DNA of 64,000 nt from Vicugna vicugna (Eukaryota): NCBI GenBank assembly GCA_013265495.1, contig MU058584.1, positions 6,662,407 through 6,726,406 of the forward strand, read 5' to 3'. Below are positions 26,155-40,050 of this stretch, piece by piece (position 1 is the stretch's first letter; each line of letters starts with the position of its first letter). The notes beneath the pieces were generated by a model, which saw nothing but the letters and a program-made list of their open reading frames with translations, did not search any database and was not told the origin of the DNA. The translations under genes were made by a program, and so were the position numbers.

Positions 26155-26669
26155 AAGAAAGGCCTTTAAGCATTTCCCTCAGTTCATGTACTGAGAGTGG
26201 AGATAGGCATGTATAAGGGAGTGGAATGTCATAAAATCTAAACCTCCTAACCCCCAAGATATGACATCTGTTTAAGGTAAACATTAGATATTTCCTTGAA
26301 AGAAAACTAAAACATCAAAAGACAGCCTGGTGGATGACTGAATTGGGACAGTTCCAACTCTTCATTAGAGTTGAGAGAGTAACTCACCAATTAATTAGGC
26401 TTAGACCTCACTGGATTCTCAAGCTATTCTATAAGGTCTTTCAATTCTTTCTGTCTAATCCTGAATATTTTCCATCCCTGTATGAGCTCAGGTGTTGTGT
26501 TTTGGTTTTTTTTTTTGTTTTGTTTTTTGTTTTTTTGTAGCTCACATCTTCTTGGTAATCATTCTTCTCCCAGTAGCTGCAGCCCAGCCTTGTAGAATCT
26601 TGCCCTGAGCATTCACAGCTTATGTTTTGGCTAACTAAAGTTTCAATATAGATTTCTGGAGCTGACAAA

Positions 26670-28380
26670 GAAAGACTTCTACTTTGCCACTTACATTTAA
26701 TGTTTTACTGGAGATCCTAGCCAATTAAATAAGGCAAGAAAAATAAACAAAAGATGTACATGTTGGAAAGGAAGATATAAGATATAAAACAGTCTTTATT
26801 CACAGGTGACACAATCATGTGTATAGAAAAATCCTAAGAAATCCTAAAAAAAAAAAAAGTATGTATCTAACACATAGATTCAGCAAGATCACAGGAGATA
26901 AGGCCAATGTACAAAAATTTAATTTTAAGTCTAGATACTGACAATAAAACTTAGAAAATAAAGTTAAGAAAACAATAAAATTTACAATAGCTTCAAAGAC
27001 TATAATATACTTAAAGCCAAATAGTGGTATATAAGCAAGACCTATGCATGCAAAACTATAAATAGTGCTGAAAATAAAGAGCTGGAAAAAAAAAAGGAGA
27101 GATATGCCATTTTCATTGACTAAAAGACTCAATAGTATTATGATATCAATCCAGAAATAAACCCATACTATTATAGTCAACTTATTTTTTAACTAAGAAT
27201 TGAAAGAAATTCAATGGGGGGGGGAAGAAAGTCTTTTCAACATATCATGCTGAGTCAACTGGCTGCCTATGTGAAAATAAGTGGGCCTCTCTCAACCTGC
27301 ACCTCACACAATATGCAAACAATTATTTTGAGATAGATCACAGGCTTAAATACGAGAGTCAAGTATTTATAGACCCAAGAAAGAAACAAAGGAAAATATC
27401 TTCATGATGTTAGTGTAAGCAATAATTTTGCCAGCCATTACCTAGTAAACACTAACCATAAAAGAAAAAAAAATTCCAAGTCAACTTTATCAAAATTGAA
27501 AAATTTAAAAGATTCTGTTAAGATAATCTAAAGATCAGCCACAGAGTGGGAGAAAATATTATATACATCGAACTTAAAAAAAAATGGGCAAAATACTTGA
27601 ACAGGCATTTTACAAGGACAATATACAAATGGCCAATTTGTATATGAAAAAATACAAAGCACTATACATCATTAGTTATCAGGGAAAAGCAAACTAAAAT
27701 CACAATTAAGTACTAAGTGCCAATGACTAAAATAGTTAAAATTTAAAGACTGATAACACCTATTGTTGATGAAAATGTGAAATAATTTAGCCCTTTATAA
27801 TGGGAATATTATAAAGTAAAACCACTTTGGAAACATTTTGGCAGTCTTTCACAAAATTAAACATATACCTACCAGGGTCCAACTATCCCACTTATAGCTA
27901 TTCACCCAATATAAATGAAAAGATAAGTTTTTAAAAAGTGAATGTTGAAAGCAACTTTATTCACAATAATTAAAATGCTGAAAATAACTTTAACATCCAT
28001 TAACAGATGAATGAACATTCCATACAATGGAATACTAAACACAATATGGCTGAACACCAAAAAAAAAAAATGCTGAGTTAAAGAAGCCAGACACAAAAGA
28101 GTCCATAGTTTTATTTCTTTTAATAATGTTAGGTTTTCATTCAACTTTTCCATAATAGTGAAAATAAATCTACAGTTCCTGGAGGGCGGGCAATGGGTGG
28201 TTAGTAGGGACTGACTGTGAAAAGGCAGAAAAGATATCTCTGGTGTGACTAAATGTTCTGTATCTTGGAAAGAATGAGTTACATGTGTATATACTTTTGG
28301 ACAAATTCATCAATCCTTAAAATTTGTCCACTTCATTTGATACAAATTATACTTTAAGAAAAATTTATAATGAAAAAAAT
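26670..28380 (+). mobile_element. Old L1M (ORF2 3' half + 3'UTR), internally deleted
   Basis: 'actggagatcctagcc...aaggcaagaaaaataa...ctttattcacaggtgacacaatcatgtgtatagaaaaatcctaa' (degenerate LFADD region), then the ORF2 C-terminus and an L1M-type 3'UTR. Confidence 0.85.
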
Positions 28381-29003
28381 TCTTGTTTTAATTTTGCTCT
28401 TTGATCTCATCTCTTCATAAATGCCTAACCCATATTTTTCTACTCTTGATGAGTATTTGAGTATAAAATTAAACTTTATTTACTTACAAAATTTGTGGCC
28501 ATCTTTATTTAACCACAAGTATGTATTTAGTACCCATGCCAGGCATTGTTATGTGTCTTGGAAATACAGCAATACATTTTTTCCCAAGGATCAGTTTAGA
28601 GTCATCTTCAAAGAAGGCAATCTGACTGGGGCTGAAAACAGAGGCAGAGAGGAGGGAGGTACTTGGCCAACCATAGGAAACACTAAGGGAACTCTTGATA
28701 GTTAAGACTGGAGTTTTGATTATTAAATGAAATTAGACAAAATAATCACTTAAATACATTTCATGAATAAAAATCACATTTGAGAGTAACCAGAAAAGTC
28801 ACAGGCCTTGCTCTAGGTTTTATCTAAGAAGCTGGGGGCAACAAATCTCCAGAAGACAATTTTTATCCAGTAATGTGGGTAAAGGAGAAAGACTGTTGTT
28901 AATGCTGGTGTTAGTATTGATGGTGATAGTTGACTTCTTTATTTATTTTGCACTTTATCAAGATTTACTCTTTCAATATAAGTTATTTCCTGCTCATTCC
29001 TCA

Positions 29004-29210
29004 CAGCAGCACTGTTCAACAGAACCTGCTGTAACGATAAAAATATTCTAGAGCTAAGCTGTCCAGTTTGGTGGCTGCTAGCTACATATGGCTATTTAGA
29101 ACCTGAAATGTGGCTAGAATGACTAAGAAATGGGATTTTTAATTTTATTTAGCTTTATCAGTTTAAATTTAAATAGCCACCTGTGGCTAGTGGCTACCAT
29201 ATTGGACAAG
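29004..29210. mobile_element. MER3-like hAT-Charlie MITE
   Basis: 'gcactgttcaacagaacc...ctgtccagtttggtggctgctagctacatatggcta...aaatagccacctgtggctagtggctaccatattggaca', with internal inverted arms. Confidence 0.85.
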
Positions 29211-30039
29211 TTATTCTCAAAGGTACAAGTGCACTGACTGATGGAGCTATAGCCCCCAATAGTCCCTAAAGGCATTGAAGTTCTTAGTAAAATGTTGCCT
29301 TGGCCCTACAAGGTGAATGAGTACACCTTTTCTGCCCATGCAAATATGCATGGTTTTACTGTACAGTACACCTTTTTAACTTCTGTATCTCAGTCTCTAC
29401 AGGGAAACTCATGACTTTTCTTTCCTCATTTCTCATAAAGCCACAGGGCCTCATTGTTGAGGAGTCAAACATTTATAACATTCAATGGTCCTTTAGTAAT
29501 TTTTATTTCTTTCTAAAACATTGGGAAAGCCACTGGGGATCAAAATGGTATAGTCCCTACCTTCATGGAATTTACTTCCTGCTTCAAAAGTCTTTTACCC
29601 TGAGAGCCCCAAGCAAAACCAGACTAAGTAGTTCGACTCTAGACCTCAAGCAGAAACCTATTTTCTTCCCTTTATAATTCTTTCTTCTTCAACTCTGCTT
29701 TTACTCGGCTTCCTTATCCTTAGGCTAGTCTTCATGAAGTTTGTTTTTCATCACAGTGGCATAATCTACAGTAACATTTATGCAGGCTTTTTTGTTGAAC
29801 ATTCAGTTCACAAGATCACTAATTTTGTATCAATTTAAAATTCAGCTATCAAAAATTTAAATAACAAAACCTCCTAGTATTAAAAATCATTTATTATAAT
29901 TAGTACCTTATTTCAGTGACGTTATTTACAAATTATGTCAGCCCATGTGTTTAGCTCTTGATCAGCGGAGGCAGCTTGACTTATAGGTTAGTTAATTACA
30001 TCCCAAATGTTGTAAAATGTAGTATTTAAAGGAGGGGTT

Positions 30040-30250
30040 CCCAGTGTTAGAAAGTTTGGTTTCAAAACCTGGTTCTACCTCTTACTGTGTGACCTTGAGT
30101 AAGCTAGTTAGAAATGTGCTTCAGTTTTTCATCCATAAAGTACAGAATCAATTTTATAATGTTATTATGAGGATTAACTGAGATAATGAATGTAAGGTGC
30201 CAAGAGGAGTGTGGGGCCATAGTATATACTCCATCAGCATGAAGTATCAC
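30040..30250 (+). mobile_element. MIR SINE
   Basis: 'ctgtgtgaccttgagtaag...tgcttcagtttttcatccataaa...tgaggattaactgagataatg'. Confidence 0.85.
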
Positions 30251-31289
30251 TTTATCATGCGCAATCCTTCTTTTCTTCCTTTTTAAATCTACTAAATTAG
30301 AAAAAATTTCAACTCACAATTACAAGTTGTTAGGAGTAGAAGCATTTGTTGATTCTGTCAGATTGTTCTGGATATTCCTTTGGACCCAGGAACACCAAGA
30401 AGGTTTTTCACTGAAGAGGTCAGTGCTACATCAGTTGCCAAACAGTTCGTTAGCTTCACTTGGTAGACGTGGAAGAAAAGTTGCTTCAACCCCAGAGATT
30501 AAGGCAATTGGTTTCCTAACACAGTTTGTTTTTTTTTTCATTTGGCTGTGGAAAGCATTTCTTAGTTCTCTCTTGCATGTGTTGTTTTGGTTTGCTTTGC
30601 TTTGCTTTCCTCGATTCTTAACACATCAATTTCTTTCTCCAATGAGAGAAGGAAATTCCCAAATGTAGGAGAAGAATCAAGATAATAATTCTCAATAATA
30701 AAGTTAGGGTTTAATATTGTCCCAAACCAGTAGGTTCTGCCTATATAAATGCTGAACATGTTGCTGAAATATATCACCTGAGCAAGTCACTGGCAGTTAT
30801 AAAATTGGCCTAATGAAATTTCCAGTGTCAACAAGAAAGTTTTAATACCATCCCTTATTTCAGAATCTCAAATTAGCACCTTTAACTTGGAAGCCAGAGA
30901 ACTTTAGTGTGTAAGACAAGCATTGTGTAACTGCATCTCATCTCTTTGCACCAAATGCTGAAAAGACACATATCAGTCACTGAGATTTAATCACATTTCC
31001 TTCAATATCTCAATACTTCTTCAGTACTTAATCAAGATCATGTGACATTTTGTTAACCATTAACCACTCTGGGAAAATATACTAATCATAAAGATAAGTA
31101 GAAACAGCATTCACCAACAAGTTTCAGTGAATTTACTATAGGTTAGCTAATTGGTCATTTTGTGATTTCTATGAACAACTAAGGCTTTGTGCTGGCTGTC
31201 AAAAGGATTCTGGATTTAGAAATGGAGATTCTAAAGAAACAGACTTGTCAGACTACTTGATTAACTACTAATCTCTGAAATTTCTCTAT

Positions 31290-31500
31290 GTGGTCTCACA
31301 GGACCATATACCATTCACATATCATGTCACATTTGTGTAACTGTTTAATTGTTCTCTTTCCCACTGGATTGGGAGCCCAGAGAGGGCAAAGACTATTCTG
31401 TTTGGTGTTGTGTAGCCAGAAACGAGCAGCGTCCTTTGCATCTAGTGAGGTCTCAATATACATTTCTTGAACATATAAATAAACAAATGAGTAAACCAGT
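31290..31500 (+). mobile_element. L2 3' end
   Basis: 'cccactggattgggagcccagagagggcaaagacta...tagtgaggtctcaatatacatttcttgaac'. Confidence 0.7.
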
Positions 31501-31809
31501 CCAAAATGGTAATAAGTAAATAAATAAATAAATAAAACATAAGATAAAAATTTAATATAAAGACTAAATTAACCATTTTTCATGCATTACAACAGTTAAT
31601 GAGTTGTCAAAAGACCAGCATATATAGTATTTTAAATTCTATTTTGTCATTTGCCTTTCCCAAAATTAAACAAATGCATCTTACTGTAACTAATTTAAGT
31701 TGTACATTGCTTCAGAAACCAAAGATGAGACACATTTGTCAACCACAGAGTTAAAGATAGACAGAAAATGTATAAACTCTACCTTGAGCTAAATAGTTCA
31801 TAAAGGGAG

Positions 31810-33215
31810 GGGTTTTTTTCTCTCTCATATGAGAATTCCACCTAACAAATGCAGAAGGAATGATAAAATTAGAAATCATCATTTTTCAAATCCTAATGAA
31901 GTAATGATCGATGATCATCAATGGAACCATTAGACAAAAAACTGAAGGGGAACATTATAATGGGTAGCTCAGGCTGACAATACCCAAACCCACTAGCTTT
32001 AATATCACAAAAAGAAAAATAACCAGACATTTTGTGGCTACTGGTACGATGCACAGAACATTCACAACACCATCTGTGAAGTACAGGCATGCCTCATTTT
32101 ATTGCAGTACACAGATACCACATTTTTTCCACAGATTGAAGGTTTGTGTCAACTCCACATCAAACAAGTCTATTGGTGCCATTTTCCTGACAGTATTTGC
32201 TCACTTTGTGTTTCTGTGTCACCTTTTAGTAATTCTCATGATATTTCAAACTTTTTCATTATTATTATATTTGTTATAATGATCTGTGATTAATGATCTT
32301 TGACATTATTATTGTAAAAAGATTATGGCTTGCTGAAGGCTCAGCTTGATGGTTAGCAATTTTTAGCAATCAAGTGTTTTTTAATTAAATGGTAATATTT
32401 TAATAAAGTATTTTTAATTAATAGTTTTTTTAGACATAATGCTATTGCATACTTAATAGACTACAGTTTAGGGTAAACATAACTTTTCTATGTACTGGGA
32501 AGCCAAAAACTTTGTGACCCAGTTTATTCAGATATTTGTTTTATTGTAGTGGTCTGGAACTGAACCCACAATATCCCTGAGGTCTGCCTGTATTCTTGCC
32601 AAAAGTCAAACATGCATCTTATCAAGCTTCTAGATCAAATTTCCAGTTTATAATAACCACAAGGGACAGAGGAACATGTTAGTGACACCACAGAATGCAC
32701 TAAGCAAATTCGGACTATAGGACATTCTACCAAATAACCAATTCAGTTCCCTCCACAAATATATGGCAAGCAGGAAAAGAGGGAGGAGAAACCCATGGTT
32801 TGAAAGAGATTTAAAAGACACATTATCCAAATGCAACGTATAAACCCTTTGAGGCTCTGAACTGAACAAACTGTAAAACAACAAATTTTTTAAATTATGA
32901 GGCAATTAGGGAAAGTTTGAATACTGACTAAATATTTGTTCATGTTAAAGAATTATTGTTAGTTATTTTAGGCATGACAATGGTATTGGTAGAAATCTTT
33001 TAGAGATACTTCCAGAAGTATTTATAAATAAATAATATGGTCCATGGGATTTGTTTCAAAATAATCTAGTTGAAGAAGGTTAAGGGCTACATAAAAACAT
33101 GTGTGGTCATGTGCGATAATTACTGAGGCTGGTAGTAGGTATATAGAGATTTACTATAATGTTCCTGCTACTTTCATGTATGTTTTAATATTTTCATAGT
33201 AAACAGTGTAAAAAG
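31810..33215 (+). mobile_element. L1MC-type 3'UTR, split by a Tigger1 insertion
   Basis: 'acaaatgcagaaggaatgataaaattagaaatc...catctgtgaagta' resumes as 'ttcttgccaaaag...caagcttctagatc' and ends 'ctactttcatgtatgttttaatattttcatagtaaa'. Confidence 0.85.
32084..32590. mobile_element. Internally deleted Tigger1 (TcMar-Tigger) copy, 507 bp, TA TSD
   Basis: TA|caggcatgcctc...gaggtctgcctg|TA: imperfect terminal inverted repeats (TIRs) with TA at 32082-32083 and 32591-32592, and Tigger1 subterminal sequences. Confidence 0.92.
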
Positions 33216-33254
33216 AGGGAGAAAACAGGCAGAAGTGAATACTGGAAACAGTCC

Positions 33255-33485
33255 AGGGTTGTGGTGGAGAACGCAGCTCTAATCAGCTGCCTGAGACTGG
33301 ATCCCAGCTCGACGACTTACCAGCTGAGTGACAACAGCAAGTACTCAATGTTCTTGCGCCTCATCTGTTCAATGGGGTAATAACAGTACTTGCCTAACAA
33401 AGTTGCCGAGATTCAGTGAATTAATACATGTAAAGCACTTGAAACAGTGACAGATACATAGTAAATGCTAACACATGTTGACTAT
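33255..33485 (+). mobile_element. MIR SINE (near full length)
   Basis: 'gtggtggagaacgcagctct...atcccagctcgacgacttaccagctg...catctgttcaatggggtaataacagtac...taatacatgtaaagcacttgaaacagtg'. Confidence 0.9.
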
Positions 33486-34939
33486 TTAAGGAGAAGACAT
33501 CCTTATGACTAGGAATTAATTCTGAAGCTCAGCTGGAAAATGTTCCAACTCTAATCTTTTGGTAGTAACTTTGTAAGTCCTGAGATGAGTATGATTTTGA
33601 GATTAAATGTGGGCACAGCAAAAGATAACTTAGGCATAGGTCTGCAAGGGTAGAGAAAGTGGATGTGTATAGAGATATTTACCAACTGTCTTCTGTGGAG
33701 ACCAAGAACCAATGACAGGACAGTTTTCATAAAATTATAGAATTTCATAACTGGAACCTACTTTCTCCCTTTCCTTTACCGAGGATACAGCTGGAGCCCA
33801 GAGAGGTCAAGTTACTTGTTTAAAATCACACAACTGGCAATTAAACAGTCCTAAACATCCAAATCTCAAGATTCCAGTAAGGCAAATTATGTGTTTCTTA
33901 TATCCCAGTGTGGCATGTGTGGGGAAGGCCCATTCATTCATGAAATCAATTATGACTAGAGCTGTAAAGTATCTTATTTGGGGATTTCCCAAAATATTGG
34001 GAAACAGAGAAAGGAATCAGTGTGGTGGCACTGAGGAGGTCTGGAGCAGACAACCAGACCATCATTTCCTGGTTAGTAGGAAACTGAATCATTCCCCACA
34101 GCTCAGTTCTTTGTTCTGCAAGGTCGAGTTTCAAAAGGATTTTGCAGGTCAAACCTTAGGTAGTAGTGCCTAAGGGTACTACTCTGGTCTCTGGTTCACT
34201 GCTTCAGGTCTCTGGTTTCCTTCATGGCTAATGAAATCCCTCCAAAAACTGAATAATGACAGTGGCACTGATCATTTTTGAGATCTGTTCAGAGGCATCT
34301 GAAAATACCATTTATTTGCCTTGAAATAAAGGAAATATTTGTTTTATTTGAGAGTGTCCTAACTGTTCATGGGGAACATCCAAAGTAAGCATATTCTTTC
34401 CCAAAAACAGTTTTCAGGAAGGGTGTATATTTCTTGCACTGCCAAGAACAAAGCTTTAATCTGTGAGGGACTTGAGAGCTAAAGCATATTTCAAAGACAT
34501 ATTAAACTTGTCTCCAATTATTCTTGAGAAATTTCAGGGACTGAATTGAAGAAATGTTCAAAAGGAAATTAAAAATCGAAGTTGTTATCAAAATTTTGTC
34601 TTCAAAATGCACTGTTAATCAAAATGGGCCTTTACAAAGGTCATTCAATCTTTTTTATGTCCCCTTACCAAGTAAATTATTAATGGGAAAGAAAACTGTG
34701 AAGCAGTTACTACTCTTAGATACCAACTGCACAGAGGGAAGCATTTTGTAAACTAAGCAGTAATTTCTACAAAGTAATTTAATGTCTTAAAAACATTTTT
34801 CAATAGCAAATATGCCTGCAAAAGAACCACTGTTCTAGTAATTATTAAACTACTTGTAGTGCCCTTGACATCATGTCTTTCCATATGCCTTTTCACATAT
34901 CTGTGGCTATTCTTTGCTACTGTACTAGAATTTGATAAG

Positions 34940-35752
34940 CAGCCTATTAAAGGTTAGTTACAATGTGGAATCTGAAGTCGTATCAAACAAGCTTTTCATA
35001 CTCTATTACATTAAAATCCATTGGTCTGTTTTGCACTTTGAGGAGATCTTTCACTCATGCCCAAATTTGTAACATCATACGTGTAAATTTGGAACATACT
35101 GGTTCACTTAGTTATGCACATCTTCCAAATGCTGACACAGAGTCACATTTGTTAATATCACCACCAATTTCATCAGAAAAGTCTTTAAGTATTGGGAAGC
35201 TGTCAAACTCATGGTGGTGGATAAAATTTTCCAAGATTCGAATTTTCTTTTTAAAACTTTAATTTTATCATTGGCACCAGATACTTGTTTTCCCCAAAGT
35301 GACAAACTCACTTCACTCATTTTTGAGAAAGTGTCTGCCGAATACCCAAGTCTGAATATCCATAGTGTTTCATCCCTTCTCTTAGATAAAAAATTATGTT
35401 TCATGAATAAAGTGTTGGGGTTAGCCTACAACTCAAAAAAATCACACAAGTACTTTTCCTCAAAAATAAGAAGTCATTGTATTTCATTGTGTAGCAGAAG
35501 TGTTTTATGTGTGCTTTCCATTTCATCACCAAGAATATTAAAAAGACTAACTTTGCTTGTTTTGTTTTGTTTACTGTGACTAACACAGTTTGGGGCCACT
35601 GCAGTGATTAATGCTAAAAGACCAGCAGTTTTACCCACCAATGTTTTTGCACCATAATTACATTATTGTAAAAATGTTTTTGACCATATGGATCCCTCAT
35701 AGGATCTTTGGAGCCTACAAGAATCTGCTGATGATATTCTGAAAACTGCTGC
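34940..35752 (-). mobile_element. Charlie1-like hAT transposon remnant with transposase fragment
   Basis: ORF 35108..35404(-) 'WIFRLGYSADTFSKMSEVSLSLWGKQ...ANDKIKVLKRKFESWK' resembles the hAT/Charlie transposase motif LAYLADIFSKLNEL.LSLQG...FKRKLELW. A terminus lies near 'gaaaactgctg'. Confidence 0.85.
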
Positions 35753-37330
35753 CCTATGTTAATTCTGACAGAGAATGATTTGAAATAAAGATTACAGGAG
35801 AGTGGCAAGGAAGGAAAAACTATCTGAGCTTAGGTTCTAAAAAGGAGAGCTCAATTCCTACCTGGGTTATGTCAAAATTACGCTTAATGGAAGATACTTA
35901 AGGAGATTATCTTAGGAGCAGGCTACAAATATGATCACTGCAGTTCAATAGTAAAATGAATTAATGAAATGGATAAAGATCTAATACAAAACTAAAAAAA
36001 CTAAATTAAATATGATAAAAGCATTCTGCATCTGAAATGTGAAAAATTCATTTGTATTATCCCTGTTGTTAGTTCTTTCTACTGCGGGAATTATCTTGAT
36101 TTGACAATACTTCACTGGGCAAATTTAGAAAAACACTCTAAGTTCCTGTACAGTATACAAGAATAATAATTCCTTTTTTTAGAATTCCACTTTAACATTT
36201 CAAAGAAATGTAAGATCCGTGCCTTCAGTTTATCAGCTCTGTTACTAACCTCAGAATCTGGGGAAAACTTACTCCCAAACTAATGTAAGAGATAAACCCA
36301 ACTTAGGTGCAAATGTACCTAGTTTTATAAAATAGGTGTGTGGATCAGCTGGAAGGTACATGTTTGCATATCAACATATTAAATATTCATCAAGAAAACT
36401 TGGTTTTGTAAAGATTTCGCAAATGAATCACTTCCTATTTTTTAGAACTTTTGCTGGTTGTCTTTTCTAAGCAAAAAGTAAAGCCTTTTCCTTATGTGCA
36501 GAATGTGTTTTACATTTTCTTCTAGTAGAAAAAAGTAGGGAAAAAGGGGGGAAAGACAATAGAAAATTATTCTTAATGCCATGTTACCATTTTGCACCTT
36601 TTGGATTTTTTAGCGAAAAGTACACATTCAATGTAAAAAAATTGGGAAATATACAAACAAAGGTTGACATAAGAAAACAGGAATAATAAAAAAGTGGTAA
36701 CCACAGTCAAAATTCTCTCCCTCTCATTAAGCCAGGTAACTAAATAGTATGAACTCAATAAAAATACAAACATGAAAGGGTTTTATATCTTCTTCCTCAT
36801 GATTGCCTTCAACTAAGCTAGGTTGCAGCTTTATTTTTCCATCTCACACGGACGTCTAAGAGAAGGCACAAAGCTTTTCCATTTTATCTTTACAGCCAGT
36901 GTGGACTTCAGAACGTCCTGTCACTGGGTCTCACCGGGTGAACAAAATCTGGAGTCAGCTGGAGAGAGTATTTCCACTCACCATTTCCACTCTTCCTCAA
37001 CTATGGCCATTGCTAAGGTCCTCTCACTGTTTTTGTTCTTTCTGCTTGCTCTTTCTCCATTTAGAAAGTTAGTATTATCTAAACATCCTTCTTATGTCTT
37101 TAAAAATTCTTTGAGCATAATTTCATGTTTACATATTACACCATTTGTCATAAGATTATCCCATAACTCTCCATTATTGTTGTGTTCATTTGGTTTTCAT
37201 AAATCTGACTTCCAAACATCAGATTTTTTTTAAGCAGGTACACTCAGTATGCATTGAAACTCTATAGCACCCTTCTGTGAATTACCCCTCTTCTATAGAA
37301 TTTCAGTGTGGTTCAAAACTTTTAGCTGAG

Positions 37331-37690
37331 TGTTATATAAGAAAGAATTTAACTGGTCTTTGTCCCTGGCTCCTGGGAGGGAGCCTCTAAACCCTGGGAA
37401 TTTCCTGAGTAGTAGGAGTGCCTTTGTTACTCATGGTGGTCCCCTGGGACTACAACGAATTTATGCTAACAAAGTGACACATGCTGGGCCCTAGATAGTC
37501 TCTGGTCATGCAGAAAGACCAAGCATGTTACCAGAGGGCTGATGGAAGGGAAGTGGGGCTGCAGATCCAGTTCAATCACATGTCCAATGACTCAATCAAT
37601 CATGCGTATGTCATGAAATGCCAATAAAACTCTGGACACAAAAGTTGAGTTTCTTTTTTTGGTGACACACATCAATGTAGGGAGATGCTT
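37331..37690 (+). mobile_element. ERV LTR fragment (MER21/MER77-like)
   Basis: 'ctggtctttgtccctggctcctgggagggagcctctaaaccctgggaatttcctgagt...tttatgctaac...caatcaatcatgcgtatgtcatgaaatgccaataaaactctggac'. Confidence 0.75.
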
Positions 37691-37759
37691 CTGCAGCATT
37701 CAGAGCAATAGAGGCATCAAGAGTGATGTGCAGTGCAACCTGTCCACTCCATTCGATAC

Positions 37760-38650
37760 ATTAATTATGAAGATCTTTGGCCAGCCTTAGCAAAAATAAT
37801 AATAATAATAATAGTAAAATAAAATAAAATGTAAGTGAGTGCTAGAGGTGAAAGTTAGATTTTAGTGGATGAGCAGTATAGGGGAGGAAAATTTTTCCTC
37901 TACCTTTCTAGGTTCTTCTGGCTGGTCTCTTAATTAAATTGACATAAGATAGATTAACAGAAGAAAAAATAAATCTAATTACATATGTACAGGATCCCGA
38001 TAAGAATATAAGACCCAAGGGCAAGTTGAGCAACTGAGGCTTATATGTTATTCTGAGCTAGAAAATGGGATAAGGGCCTGAGACTTCAAAGGGGAGGAGG
38101 GTAATTCACAGGACAATAAGAAGAGCAGATATTTGATAATTAGATGTTTGCTTTCCTGTACAGATGTGTCATTCAGATAAAAGTTATCTCTGGCAACAGC
38201 TCTCTCTCTGAGTCAGGCTCCTTATCTAAATTCTTTTAGACAATAAGAAGGAGGCAAAGTGTTTTTGGTTTTTCTTGAGTCTGCTGGGTCTTGACTGCCT
38301 GCAGCTCAAAATAATCTGTATGCCAAAAGTGCCAGATTTGGGGATCACATGTTCTATACCCCTTCAACAGACAATTAAGAATCAAAGTATGGACAGTGTA
38401 TGAGCTTTTTTTCCTAGAATCTCAGTTCAGTTTAAAGGGGACAAGGTAGAATGGTAGAGAGACAGAAGGTTAAGAAAGGGGGTTTAAGTGGAGAGCTGTG
38501 CATGCATGCATGCTGACTGGAGGGCAACAGAATACAAAAGAGAGGGTAGATGATAAATTAACTTCTGTCAAGAGGACATTGGGATAGGATTCAGGTAGTT
38601 GAATTGATTTAGGAAAGAAGGTAGGACAACAATTCTCTGAAATGGTTGAG
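37760..38650 (-). mobile_element. L2 fragment interrupted by a solo LTR
   Basis: Purine-rich, reverse-L2-like sequence on both sides of 37877-38366. Confidence 0.5.
37877..38366 (-). mobile_element. ERV1-class solo LTR (490 bp)
   Basis: The minus strand starts TGAAGGGG and carries 'ttggcatacagattattttgagctg', an ERV1 LTR-type 5' motif. It ends '...tcctcccctata'. Flanks gcag/acag are a possible 4-bp TSD with 1 mismatch. Confidence 0.8.
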
Positions 38651-39529
38651 CTTTTCTCTAGATCAGATCCAGTTTATTCAGTCATTAAATAGATTACTTA
38701 ATCCTATCCAGGAGAACATATTCAGTCACCAGCTACAAAGGACTGCTCCCAGTGAGTCACTGTAGTTGTTGCTGATGGCCCACTCGGATGAGGTGATCTA
38801 TGTGTCCTCCCGGGCCTACAGTCCATCAACATTTCCGGGATGGTTCTAACCGTTCTTCCCCACCAAACTAACTCCTAGGTGCTTAGGGCCACCAGGACAT
38901 TCTGGTTTCCTTCATTTTGTTCTGTTGAACGTGGGAAGCATCAAAGCAAATTATCCAGTAGAGTCCTGTTTCCCCCATGAGGCTGCTAGTCAATATTTTC
39001 CTAGGGAATGTTGCTTCCTCTTTGTGTATATGCTATCTGGGATAGCAGGAATGGGAACTCATTCTCCTGGTAACCCACTGAAAATAGTTCTTGAAAAACA
39101 TTGTGATGAGTTAAGTGTAAATGAATCAGAAATATAAGGACTGGGTTTCCCTGGAAATACAAATGGGCTGAAAAATGAAGGGAAGGAAAATTTTTCACCC
39201 AAGGTCCTTAAGAAAGAATTGGACTATGCTGCCAAGAAATGACAGTCTGTTTTTCCAACACTCAAAAACCATGTGAATTCCCTGCCTTTCCTTTCCGGGC
39301 ACCTGACAATAAATATGATACTCAGATGCTTTTCTCCACCCTGAAGTATGACTTTATTAATTTAGTTAACTATGGTCCAGGTTTTCTTCCTATTATACAA
39401 ACTAAAGGGACATCTGGAGTCTTACAAGAATAGCAGATGAAGCAGTGGAGTCAATCAGCACTCACGAAGCACTGAAGGTCTGATGAGCCTTTGACTGTGT
39501 GGGGTTAATTATCAGCTTCAGCCTCCTCT

Positions 39530-40050
39530 CAAAGCAGCATCAGAATGGTATGTCAGACCACATCCTTCTTCTACTCACAGCCCCCAATGGCTTCCCTTCT
39601 CACACTAGTCTAGGGGGTCCCTCTCTCACCTCCTGTCCTAATACTTCACTCTTTCCCACTTTTGTCCAACTACAGTGATCTTTTTGAGAAGTCCAAGCAC
39701 GTCCCAGAGCCTCTATGCTGGCTGTTTCCTCTGCTGGAATGCCCTTCCCCCAGGTAGATGCATGGCGCCCCCTCTGATGCCTTTCAGGTCTTTGCTAATG
39801 ATCACTTTCTCACTGAAGCATTTGCTATCCGCACTATTTAAAACTGCAAATTACACTCACTCTCCTTATACCCCAAATCTCTGCCCTCTCCTTTACCTTG
39901 TTTCTTGCAGCATTTATAACCATAGGACATACTACACTTTGTGTTTACTTGTTCATTTTTTGTCTTCCAATTACTGCCCTCATGGTCACTACTAAGGTGA
40001 CGAGTGATCACGGGGGCAGTAATGTTTCGTTTCTTCACTGGTGAATCTTC
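39530..40050 (+). mobile_element. L2 3' region
   Basis: 'caatggcttccctt...gctgtttcctctgctggaatgcccttcccccag...ctttcaggtctttgctaatgatcactttctcactgaag'. Confidence 0.85.

Noticed and set aside
35108..35404. Domesticated hAT transposase gene
   Set aside because: Only a short fragment is in frame, and it lies within a decayed, internally deleted Charlie1 copy.
39763..39778. CTCF-like motif (minus-strand AGAGGGGGCGCC)
   Set aside because: It sits in an L2 relic with a poor 5' half-site, so there is no support beyond a partial motif.
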